DNA from: an uncultured Gammaproteobacteria bacterium
Lineage (GTDB): Bacteria; Patescibacteriota; Microgenomatia; Levybacterales; GWA1-39-11
Length of the DNA: 64,000 bases
Assembly: GCA_964651815.1 (NCBI GenBank)
Contig: CAZYWG010000001.1
Location: 129,189 to 193,188, forward strand
Direction: 5' to 3'
Shown here: in pieces, positions 35,616 through 44,514 of the stretch
Layout of the letters: the number at the start of each line of letters is the position of its first letter
Numbering within the stretch: position 1 is the first letter of the stretch
Position numbers and translations under genes: made by a program
Notes under the pieces: generated by a model
The model's database searches: none
The model's input: the letters and a program-made list of their open reading frames with translations, nothing else
Told to the model about the DNA's origin: nothing

Positions 35616-37762
35616 TCACACAAGATTTTCTGTATGTTCTCCAGTGGTGGATTCCCTTTTTTATATTGGGAATAGTTTTTTTCCCGTTAACATCTCTTGT
35701 ATTTGAAAACTTTTTGGATAAAGGTTATATTTTTTCAAGAGTAATTGCTATTGGTATAATCTCCTATGTTGTTTTTGTAATTAACGAACTTCACCTCCTA
35801 AAATTTAATACTCCTACGATTCTATTTGTTGTCTTTCTTTTTCTTATTGTTAATATTTTGATTTTTCATAAAACTAAATCCATTAACTTCAAAAAAATAA
35901 ATTACAAAATCATTATTTTTGAAGAGCTTTTATTTTTAGTAGGAATTATTATTTGGTCTTATGTCAGAGCACATGAACCAAGTATTAATGGACTTGAAAA
36001 GTTTATGGACTTTGGATTTCTGAATTCTATTTTAAGATCTGATTATATGCCACCAACTGATATGTGGTTTACACCGCTACCAATAAATTATTACTATTTT
36101 GGTCACCTAAGCACTGCCGTTATTACCAAACTCTCTTTTTTACCATCATTTTTAACATTTAATCTAATGATAGCAACTCTGTTTTCTTTTACATTTAGTC
36201 TTTCTTTCTCTCTTGCTTCAAACTTAATTTCTAAAGCTATTTCTGTTAAAAAAGGAATTTTTGGAGGATTTATTACGGCAATTCTTTTAACTTTTGGAGG
36301 TAACCTTCACATGATTTATGCATTATTTAAACCGTATGATGTAACCAACCCTGTCCCCTTTTGGAAACTTTCATTTTCCCCGCTTACTTTCCCAAATAGC
36401 TATTGGTATCCAAATGCAACGCGTTTTATTCCCTACACTATCCATGAATTCCCAATTTATTCATTTGTTGTATCCGATCTTCACGGGCATGTAATTGACA
36501 TAATGTACGTGCTCTTATCAATTACTTTAATCTACGCCCTTTTTATTAAAAAGGGGATTGATAAGGTGACACTCGTTTTAATATCTTTTTTCCTTGCAAT
36601 AATGTACATGACAAATGCGTGGGATGGTGGAATTTATTTAATGCTAGTGTGCATAATACTATTCATCAAAAATTGGCACTATATAAAAATCCGTAAAGGT
36701 CAAAAAATCTTATCAATTCTTAACCATCTTGAATTATCTAATATTAAAGTTTTTTTAACAAAACTTTTTAAACCTGCTATTAGCACTTTTATTTTATTTG
36801 TTATTTTTTCACTCCCGTTTAACATCTATTTTCAGACAGGGGCGATAGTACATGGTATTGGAGTTGTCTGCGCGCCAAGTTTTCTGACTAATATTGGTCA
36901 CTTGGGCCCGTTCTTATTTGAAGCGTCACATTGCCAAAAATCCACATGGTGGGAACTCTTAACTCTTTACGGATTTTTCTACTTTTTTGTTTTATCGTTT
37001 TTGATTTTTATATCCCGGAGCAAAAAATTGAATTTGCTAACTGAAGACTTCTTTATTTTAGCGTTAATTCTAATTTCAACTCTATTGATAATTATTCCAG
37101 AATTTTTCTATCTTAAAGATATTTATCCTGCTCATTATCGTGCAAATACCATGTTTAAACTTGTTTACCAAGCATTTATGATGCTCTCGATTGTTTCGGT
37201 TTACGTTTTAGTCAGAATTTTGAATAAAACAAAAAATATTTTCTTTTACATCATGAGTGCAATTTTAATCATCCCAATTCTTATCTATCCTTATTTTGCA
37301 ATTAGGTCATATTATGGAGATTTTAAGAACTATACTGGAATTAATGGTTCGCTTTATCTTAAAACACGCTACCCGGATGATTACTCTGCAATAAACTGGA
37401 TAAATACCAACATTCAGGGCCGACCGGTGATGGTAGAAGCACAAGGCGATTCTTACACGGATTACGAAAGGATTTCAGCAAATACAGGCCTTCCAACAAT
37501 TCTTGGCTGGACAGTCCATGAATGGCTTTGGCGTGGGACGTATGATATTCCAGCACCGCGAATTCAAGAAGTCAAAGATGTTTATGAAAATCCGGATGTT
37601 AATAAAACACGACAGATATTAAAAAAATACAATGTGCAGTATGTTTATATAGGAACACTTGAGCATCAAAAATATGTAAATTTAAAAGAGGACAAATTTG
37701 ATAAACTTGGTAAAGTGGTTTTCCAGCAAGGACAAACAACAATCATTAAACTATCTATTTAA
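35612..37762 (+). CDS. Chlor_Arch_YYY / DUF2298-like polytopic membrane protein (716 aa), second paralog
   Basis: Same architecture and motifs as the 29104-31320 gene: EKFMDFGFLNS, DMWFTP, INYYYFG and GLPTILGWTVHEWLW. Confidence 0.6.
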   Translation: MITQDFLYVLQWWIPFFILGIVFFPLTSLVFENFLDKGYIFSRVIAIGIISYVVFVINELHLLKFNTPTILFVVFLFLIVNILIFHKTKSINFKKINYKIIIFEELLFLVGIIIWSYVRAHEPSINGLEKFMDFGFLNSILRSDYMPPTDMWFTPLPINYYYFGHLSTAVITKLSFLPSFLTFNLMIATLFSFTFSLSFSLASNLISKAISVKKGIFGGFITAILLTFGGNLHMIYALFKPYDVTNPVPFWKLSFSPLTFPNSYWYPNATRFIPYTIHEFPIYSFVVSDLHGHVIDIMYVLLSITLIYALFIKKGIDKVTLVLISFFLAIMYMTNAWDGGIYLMLVCIILFIKNWHYIKIRKGQKILSILNHLELSNIKVFLTKLFKPAISTFILFVIFSLPFNIYFQTGAIVHGIGVVCAPSFLTNIGHLGPFLFEASHCQKSTWWELLTLYGFFYFFVLSFLIFISRSKKLNLLTEDFFILALILISTLLIIIPEFFYLKDIYPAHYRANTMFKLVYQAFMMLSIVSVYVLVRILNKTKNIFFYIMSAILIIPILIYPYFAIRSYYGDFKNYTGINGSLYLKTRYPDDYSAINWINTNIQGRPVMVEAQGDSYTDYERISANTGLPTILGWTVHEWLWRGTYDIPAPRIQEVKDVYENPDVNKTRQILKKYNVQYVYIGTLEHQKYVNLKEDKFDKLGKVVFQQGQTTIIKLSI

Positions 37763-38921
37763 CGCCATTTGTGGGCGTCTCCCCAACTTTTGTTATCCCT
37801 TCCTTTCCAACTGTACAAACACTACCTTCTGTAATACATGCCACATAATCATGTATTTCCGAAAAGTCATTTTCGCCTACGCGTGGTGAAAGAATAAACT
37901 GAAATTGCTTATCTGATGTTGGGACGGGTTGTGATAAAAGTCCAAATGTACCCTGATAAACGTTGCCTGAATCAATCACATAACTTTGTGTTTTTGCATT
38001 TTGCATTTTGCGTGCGAGATTTATAAAATCATCATATTCATTAGCTTGAATATCAGTATCAATATTACTTTTTAATATATTAAAAATTCCAAATATTTTG
38101 ACGGGATTAAGAATAATCCCTAAGGATAAAACTTTTTCTTTAACTGCTGAAATTACTTCTTGTTGACGCTTGCTCCTTGCAAAATCAGATCCTTCTTCAC
38201 CTACTCCGTGACGCGACCGAGAAAATTCTAGTGCTAAATTTCCATCCATATGTTGAAGCCCAGCATTTACATGCAGGTGAACATAACGGCATGGGAAATA
38301 TGTCCAAATATCCTGTTCTGCTGACGCGGTTGCCGTAAAATCTTTAATATCTTGATCAGAATGATCACAAGTATCCGCTTCTTTTCCTTCAACTGGATAA
38401 TTATAATCATCAAGAGTATGAGAGACATTCACATCAACACCTCCCAAATAATCAATCAATTTAACAAAACCCGAAAAATCAATAACAACAACGTAGTCAA
38501 TTGGAACTCCGGCTACTTTCTCAACAACTGCTTTGGCATAAAGCTTTCCCTGATTATTTTGTTTCTGTCCAAGCGCGTAGGCTAAATTAATTTTACCCTT
38601 TATATCATCAACCCACAGATCTCGTGGAATGGAAATTAGACCCGCAGAGTCTTTTGAAGGATTTACCATTGCAAGAATAATGGTGTCTGTTAAATCAGGG
38701 CCGTCATGTGTTCCACCACCTCGACCTAGTATTAAAATATTTATATTACCGCTTTTTTCTTCTTTTAATTGAAGCTTTTGGTTAAGAACAAATTTATAAA
38801 TTAAGTAAGACGCGGCAATCAAAAATATTGCTAGAATAATAATTATAAAAGGGTTATTTTTTTTAAGCATTTTTAACAATTGAGGCAAAACTTTCGGGGT
38901 CGCGGCTTGATCTACCAACAA
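37755..38921 (-). CDS. LytR-CpsA-Psr (LCP) family cell-envelope polymer transferase
   Basis: N-terminal TM helix, then ILILGRGGGTHDGPDLTDTIILAMVNPSKDSAGLISIPRDLWV, the LCP core motif. The start is probably the internal Met near 38870. Confidence 0.8.
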   Translation of the reverse strand: MLVDQAATPKVLPQLLKMLKKNNPFIIIILAIFLIAASYLIYKFVLNQKLQLKEEKSGNINILILGRGGGTHDGPDLTDTIILAMVNPSKDSAGLISIPRDLWVDDIKGKINLAYALGQKQNNQGKLYAKAVVEKVAGVPIDYVVVIDFSGFVKLIDYLGGVDVNVSHTLDDYNYPVEGKEADTCDHSDQDIKDFTATASAEQDIWTYFPCRYVHLHVNAGLQHMDGNLALEFSRSRHGVGEEGSDFARSKRQQEVISAVKEKVLSLGIILNPVKIFGIFNILKSNIDTDIQANEYDDFINLARKMQNAKTQSYVIDSGNVYQGTFGLLSQPVPTSDKQFQFILSPRVGENDFSEIHDYVACITEGSVCTVGKEGITKVGETPTNGVK

Positions 38922-39540
38922 GGACTCCTGATATATTTTCCATTGCAGTAAATTTTCCTACGTTCTCTGGATTTACACTTCCGCCATATAAAACGAGTTG
39001 AAGATCCGGGTATTTACCTTTTACTGTTTTTGCAACCATTTCAGCATTTTCAGGAGTGTCAGGCTTGTCAGAACCTATTGCAAATGGAGGCTCGTAAGCC
39101 ACTACAGAAACGCCTTGAGGAATGGGTGTGTTTTCATCTTGAATACAAAAAATTGGAATTAAACCTGCATTAATCGCGGTCGCTACCTTTTTTGAAAGCA
39201 TTTCATCATTTTCTCCAAAATTCTTTCTCCGCTCAGAATGCCCAATAATTGCGTATTTCACAAACTCCGCTGCTTGATGTGCCGACACTTCACCTGTATA
39301 TTCTCCGTCTTCAAAAGGCGCAACGTCCTGCACGCCAAGTGCAATTGGCAAACTATTTGCTCTAATATATTTTGCCGCGTCAGGAACAGAAAGAAAAGGT
39401 GGACAAATCACAATTTTATTGTTTGACTGACTTAAAGATTCAAGAAGCGCTCCTATTTTTTCAAAATAACTTGTGGCTTCGACTGAAGTCATTTGCATTT
39501 TCCAATTACCAACAGTTAATAACTCTTTCATATGATACAA
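38863..39540 (-). CDS. tpiA: Triosephosphate isomerase
   Basis: The N-terminal catalytic motif GNWKM, the active-site motif IIGHSERR, the catalytic glutamate in AYEPPFAIGS, and C-terminal YGGSV. Confidence 0.9.
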   Translation of the reverse strand: MYHMKELLTVGNWKMQMTSVEATSYFEKIGALLESLSQSNNKIVICPPFLSVPDAAKYIRANSLPIALGVQDVAPFEDGEYTGEVSAHQAAEFVKYAIIGHSERRKNFGENDEMLSKKVATAINAGLIPIFCIQDENTPIPQGVSVVAYEPPFAIGSDKPDTPENAEMVAKTVKGKYPDLQLVLYGGSVNPENVGKFTAMENISGVLVGRSSRDPESFASIVKNA

Positions 39541-39582
39541 TTTAAGGTGACTTCTCCAATTTTCATACTATTATAACAGCAT

Positions 39583-41430
39583 ATGAATGATATTCTCAAT
39601 AAATTAAATGCGGAGCAAAAAAAGGCGGTTACACAATCTGATGGTCCTATGATTGTTTTGGCTGGAGCAGGCTCCGGTAAAACAAGAGTTTTAGTCCACC
39701 GTGTTTTATATCTAGTCCTCGAAAAAAAGGTAAACCCTTCAAATATTTTAATGGTTACTTTTACCAATAAAGCTGCCGGTGAAATGCTTGAGCGAATTAT
39801 TAAAACGTTCGACCAATATAAAATAAGCGAACAACCTGTGGTTGGTACATTTCATGCAATTTGTGCCAAGATTTTAAGGCGTGAAGGAAAAAACATTGGA
39901 ATTCCCGTGGGTTTTCAGATATTTGATGACCAAGACCAACTTGAAACAATAAAGGAAGCATTTTCATTTCTTGATATTTCAATTAAAGATATAAAGCCGA
40001 GAGCTGTTTTGGCAACTATTTCCCAGGCAAAAAATCAAATGATAGATGAAGCTTCTTATGAATCCCTGGCGCGTGGTTATTTTCAGGAAACAGTTGCAAA
40101 AGTTTATCCTGTCTACCAAGCCTTACTCAAAGACCACGAAGCGCTTGATTTTGACGATTTACTTTTAAAAACTGTTGAGCTTTTCAAAAAAACTCCATCA
40201 GTTTTAAACCAATACCAGTACAGGTTCCAATATGTAATGGTTGATGAATATCAAGACACTAATGAGGCGCAATATAGATTAACAAAACTCCTTGGTGGAA
40301 AAAACAGAAACATATGTGTTGTAGGGGACTTTTCCCAAAGTATTTACTCTTTCAGGGGAGCGGATTTTAGAAATCTTGAAAAATTCAAGCGCGATTTTCC
40401 GGAGTGCGTAACTTTCCCACTTTCTCAAAATTATCGTTCGACTCAAAAAATTCTTGACGCTGCGACTACTGTTATTTCAAATAATACCCTTCACCCTGTG
40501 TTATCACTTTGGACTAAAAATGAAGAAGGTGAGGAGGTAGTAATATTTTCAGCCGAAAACGAACACAACGAAGCGGAATTTATTATTCAACAAATAATTA
40601 CTTCGCAACAAAAAAATCCAGATTTGCATCTTCGGGATGTTGTAATTTTATATAGAACTAATGCTCAGTCACGAGCTTTGGAAGAAACTTTTTTACATAA
40701 CTCTGTGCCATATGTACTTGTTGGCGGCACGCGTTTTTACGAAAGAAAAGAAGTTAAGGATGTACTCTCCTATCTTTCATATTTAGCAAATAATAAAAAC
40801 AAAATCGCTTTAAAAAGAATTGAAAAAATAGGAAAAAGACGCATGGAAAAACTTTTGGAATACGTAAATGAGGTAGCAAAAGAAGGTTTAGAAAAAAAAG
40901 CGACTATCGAAATATTGGATGAAATTTTGATCAAAACGGATTACATAGCGCTATACGACGACAAAGACCCAGAGGATAAACCGAGAATTGAGAATATTAA
41001 AGAACTCCGCTCCGTTGCAATTGAATTTCCAAACCTTAATCAATTTTTGGAAAATGTCGCTCTAGTTGAGCAAGATTATCACAGTATGCCAGATAGACAA
41101 GTTAAAAACCCAGACGCAATAACTCTTATGACAATGCACGCTGCAAAAGGGCTAGAATTTAAAATTGTGTTTATTGTGGGAATGGAAGAAGGCCTTTTTC
41201 CACACAGCCAATCTATGTTTGACGCCGGGGAAATTGAGGAAGAAAGACGTCTTTGTTATGTTGGAATAACTCGTGCGAAAGAAAAATTATTTCTTACGTT
41301 TGCAAAACGACGATTATATTTTGGACAAACAGTTTCTAACCAAATTTCAAGATTTATATACGAGTTGCCTGAGGAAGTTTTGAAAAAAAATTATATAGAA
41401 AGATATTCTGATGAACCGAGTTTTCTATGA
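39583..41430 (+). CDS. UvrD/PcrA/Rep-family ATP-dependent DNA helicase (short form, 615 aa)
   Basis: The N-terminus has Walker A (GAGSGKT), Q motif and helicase motifs II (VMVDEYQDTN), IV and VI. The C-terminus carries VGITRAKEKLFLT. Confidence 0.88.
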   Translation: MNDILNKLNAEQKKAVTQSDGPMIVLAGAGSGKTRVLVHRVLYLVLEKKVNPSNILMVTFTNKAAGEMLERIIKTFDQYKISEQPVVGTFHAICAKILRREGKNIGIPVGFQIFDDQDQLETIKEAFSFLDISIKDIKPRAVLATISQAKNQMIDEASYESLARGYFQETVAKVYPVYQALLKDHEALDFDDLLLKTVELFKKTPSVLNQYQYRFQYVMVDEYQDTNEAQYRLTKLLGGKNRNICVVGDFSQSIYSFRGADFRNLEKFKRDFPECVTFPLSQNYRSTQKILDAATTVISNNTLHPVLSLWTKNEEGEEVVIFSAENEHNEAEFIIQQIITSQQKNPDLHLRDVVILYRTNAQSRALEETFLHNSVPYVLVGGTRFYERKEVKDVLSYLSYLANNKNKIALKRIEKIGKRRMEKLLEYVNEVAKEGLEKKATIEILDEILIKTDYIALYDDKDPEDKPRIENIKELRSVAIEFPNLNQFLENVALVEQDYHSMPDRQVKNPDAITLMTMHAAKGLEFKIVFIVGMEEGLFPHSQSMFDAGEIEEERRLCYVGITRAKEKLFLTFAKRRLYFGQTVSNQISRFIYELPEEVLKKNYIERYSDEPSFL

Positions 41431-42446
41431 GCGAATTTATTGATGTTAACGACTCCAAAAAGGAAGAATTTAATAAAGTGGTCAATCACCCATTACAATC
41501 TTTTGAATGGGGTGAGTTTCGCAAAAAAACCGGGATTAAAGTAATAAGACGGGCTCTTATCCAAAATGGACAATTTGTAGATGGATTTACTGTAACTCTT
41601 CATAAAGTTCCTAAAACAAAATACTACATTGGGTATTTGCCTAAAGGAAATGAACCAACAAAAGAAGTCATCGAGGAACTCAAAAGAATTGGAAAGGAAA
41701 ATAATTGCATATTTATCCAACTTGAACCAAATATCATAAGTCTTAAATCTGAAGTCTTAGGTCTTCTAAAACCCGCTGCCCACCCCCTGTTTACAAAATT
41801 CACTTTTGTTCTTGACCTAACAAAATCAGAAGATGAACTGTTAAAACAAATGCATTCAAAAACACGTTATAACATCCGTGTTGCTGAGAAACATAATGTA
41901 AAAGTTTCTGAAGATAATTCTGAAAAAAGTTTTGTAGAATATTTAAAACTGATGCTCACAACCACTAGTCGCCAGGGTTTTTATGCACACACGCCAAGCT
42001 ATCATGAAAAACTTTTCGAGACTTTGCCAAAAGAAGAGGGACCAAATATCTTATCTTACCATTTACTAAATGCGCAATTCGATTCTAAAACTTTAACTTC
42101 TTGGGTTTTATTTGTTTTCAAAAATCATCTTTATTATCCTTATGGTGCGTCCAGCCGCGAACACCGCGAAACAATGTCTAACAATCTTGTTGCATGGGAA
42201 GCAATCAAATTCGGCAAAAAACTAGGACTTAAAAAATTTGATATGTGGGGGGCACTCGGGACAGAACCCGATAAAAACGACCCATGGTATGGCTTCCATA
42301 GATTTAAAGAAGGTTACGGCGCAGAACTTGTAGAATTCGTTGGATCATATGATCTTATTGTAAAACCTAAACTTTACGAACTATATAAAGTCGCTGATAA
42401 ATTCCGCTGGGAATTATTAAGAGTAAAGAAAAAAATTCTTAAATGA
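41427..42446 (+). CDS. FemAB-family peptidyltransferase (peptidoglycan interpeptide-bridge formation, FemX-like)
   Basis: 339-aa protein with two GNAT-like halves. LQSFEWGEFRKKTG is an N-terminal FemAB signature. Translationally coupled to the helicase gene. Confidence 0.75.
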   Translation: MSEFIDVNDSKKEEFNKVVNHPLQSFEWGEFRKKTGIKVIRRALIQNGQFVDGFTVTLHKVPKTKYYIGYLPKGNEPTKEVIEELKRIGKENNCIFIQLEPNIISLKSEVLGLLKPAAHPLFTKFTFVLDLTKSEDELLKQMHSKTRYNIRVAEKHNVKVSEDNSEKSFVEYLKLMLTTTSRQGFYAHTPSYHEKLFETLPKEEGPNILSYHLLNAQFDSKTLTSWVLFVFKNHLYYPYGASSREHRETMSNNLVAWEAIKFGKKLGLKKFDMWGALGTEPDKNDPWYGFHRFKEGYGAELVEFVGSYDLIVKPKLYELYKVADKFRWELLRVKKKILK

Positions 42447-42972
42447 TTTTATAGAGGTACATTTCGTTCTTTCTGTCTTCTCCTACAAGCTGTATTTTTT
42501 TATCCTGTTCAAACTTATATCTGTAGCTTACAACTTTTGTCCCTTTTTTTAACTCTTTAAACAATTTTGGTTTCAGTTTTTCAAGGACCCTTGGGACAAG
42601 ATAAACAAAGACTATTGTTGCACTGTTTAAATTGATGTTAAAAAAATTACCTTTTTTAAGTGTTACTTTTTTTCCAACTTTGTTTAATACAACATTTAAC
42701 TTAGCGGTTAAGTGTCTTATTGGATCTATTTCAACACCAAAACATTTCGCGTCAAAATTTTTTGCCACTGTTACCAAAAACGTTGCGTCACCACTTCCCA
42801 ATTCATATACGATATCTTTTGAATCTATTTTTGCGAGTTTAGCCGCAGCTTTTGCTTTTCTTCCGCTTGTCCGCCACCAAGGACTCCAGGGACTATCAGG
42901 CGGCCAAACACACGACAAAATAATAAGTAGTATAAATACAAAAAAAATAAGTACCAAATTGATAATCATCAT
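42439..42972 (-). CDS. Small class I SAM-dependent methyltransferase with an N-terminal TM helix
   Basis: VYELGSGDATFLVTVAKNF is SAM motif I (ExGxGxG), followed by motif II-like sequence FGVEID. Confidence 0.65.
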   Translation of the reverse strand: MMIINLVLIFFVFILLIILSCVWPPDSPWSPWWRTSGRKAKAAAKLAKIDSKDIVYELGSGDATFLVTVAKNFDAKCFGVEIDPIRHLTAKLNVVLNKVGKKVTLKKGNFFNINLNSATIVFVYLVPRVLEKLKPKLFKELKKGTKVVSYRYKFEQDKKIQLVGEDRKNEMYLYKII

Positions 42973-43248
42973 TTAAATTTTAATCAGCACTTTTCCCAAA
43001 ATATTTTCTTTCTTAATTGGTTCGACTTTTAAACTATCGTTCATATTGTCTCCCCCAACAACAAAAAATTCTTGATTTATTTTTGTGATACGTTTGATGA
43101 TAATTCTATCATTATATTTGAACAAGATCACATCACCAACGCGAGGGTCTCTGAAAAAATAAGGAATTGAGCTAATAATTACATGATTGTTGGGCTTGAA
43201 TGTAGGCAACATGCTATGACCTGAAATCTTAAACAAACCGAGGATCAT
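42973..43248 (-). CDS. sodX: NiSOD maturation protease SodX (small S26-family signal-peptidase-like serine protease)
   Basis: 91-aa protein. SGHSMLPT contains the SGSM-type nucleophile, and KRITKI contains the general-base Lys. It lies immediately downstream of sodN. Confidence 0.75.
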   Translation of the reverse strand: MILGLFKISGHSMLPTFKPNNHVIISSIPYFFRDPRVGDVILFKYNDRIIIKRITKINQEFFVVGGDNMNDSLKVEPIKKENILGKVLIKI

Positions 43249-43253
43249 GGAGA

Positions 43254-43784
43254 TTATTTGTGCATCACTATTTCTCCGCCAGTTGGATATCCAGATGGAA
43301 CGTGGATAGATTCAAGGTTTTTTGTTTTGTAAAAAATCTCGGCAATTTTTTGAGTATTTTCGAGAAGCTCATTTGCTGCAACTTTATCAATATTCTGTCT
43401 GACTTTAATAGAAAGTTTTACGGTGGACGACAAAAGCGCTTGAAGTTCTGGATATTTCTCATGGTGCTCGGGTTTAAAATAATCATTTTCAAGAGTCCCC
43501 AATTCTTCTTCAACTATTCCACCGTGCTCTTCTTTTACATGAACCATCCGTGCAATATCATGTTCTGTTTTTGTTTCATCTTCCCTTTTCAATTCGCTGA
43601 TTAATGAAGTCATACGAATAACCGTATGCGCTGCCATTTGAATACCATGAACATCATAAACCCCGCATGGTATATCACAATGCGCATAAGCAATTGGCGT
43701 AGGAATTAAATTGACAAAAAGAGGTATAATTTTTAGAACTTTTTTTGTCACCCTGAACGAAGTGAAGGACCTTATACTCACCAT
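43254..43784 (-). CDS. sodN: Nickel-containing superoxide dismutase precursor (NiSOD)
   Basis: The Ni-hook motif HCDIPCGVYD (43653-43682) follows a 34-aa leader ending AYA. Confidence 0.9.
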   Translation of the reverse strand: MVSIRSFTSFRVTKKVLKIIPLFVNLIPTPIAYAHCDIPCGVYDVHGIQMAAHTVIRMTSLISELKREDETKTEHDIARMVHVKEEHGGIVEEELGTLENDYFKPEHHEKYPELQALLSSTVKLSIKVRQNIDKVAANELLENTQKIAEIFYKTKNLESIHVPSGYPTGGEIVMHK

Positions 43785-43928
43785 AATTCTATATTAGACT
43801 AACACATGAAGGTTTGAATTTCAATATAAATCTGCAATAAATATGAACATATCCAAAACTACCATTTGATGGATCGCAATCTAGACTATAATAAACGCGT
43901 TAAGAAAATATGTTAAAGAATAAAAATC

Positions 43929-44480
43929 CTAAGCGGCTTTTCTCAGCTCTTGAGTAACAAATCTTTGTATTACCGGTACTGCTTGACCAGGCACCGGCAT
44001 ACCTCTTTGAATTCCCATCTCCGAAAGCTTTTGCGTCGCCCCTGACCAACCAACTAATTCTGAGATTGGATCAACCTTCTCATTGGTTCTAGACTGGTAA
44101 GTAACTATCAACTCTTCACCATTTTTTACACCTACAATTAAGGCTTTTTTACCCTCTGACCAAGTAAGATACCTTGCTGCAATACCAAAGAAATCTTGCT
44201 CCTCAGGAATAATATCACCGGAGTGTCGTGGTAAATCCAATCTTACCAAACTCACTGTTTTGCAAATCTGTCCAGGTTTTCCTAACCCTCCAAGAACCTC
44301 TTGATTCACAAGCTCAAGTGAAGGAGTTACATGCAAACCTTCCAAAACCTGCCTGCCAAAAACAGCATTTAATCTTGCGAGGCTCTCAGGATATGGCGAG
44401 ACATAAGGCTCGGCTTTATCAACGATTTTTCCTTTGTCTCTTGCTAAATCCCTTAAACTATCAATGAATTGTTCTGCCAT
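43929..44480 (-). CDS. Hypothetical protein (183 aa) with no recognisable motif and slightly elevated GC
   Basis: Clean ORF co-directional with the downstream ATP-cone nuclease gene. No TM helix. GC is visibly higher than its flanks. Confidence 0.4.
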   Translation of the reverse strand: MAEQFIDSLRDLARDKGKIVDKAEPYVSPYPESLARLNAVFGRQVLEGLHVTPSLELVNQEVLGGLGKPGQICKTVSLVRLDLPRHSGDIIPEEQDFFGIAARYLTWSEGKKALIVGVKNGEELIVTYQSRTNEKVDPISELVGWSGATQKLSEMGIQRGMPVPGQAVPVIQRFVTQELRKAA

Positions 44481-44514
44481 ATTAATTGTGATTTTACAAC
44501 TTATAAGCTATTTG

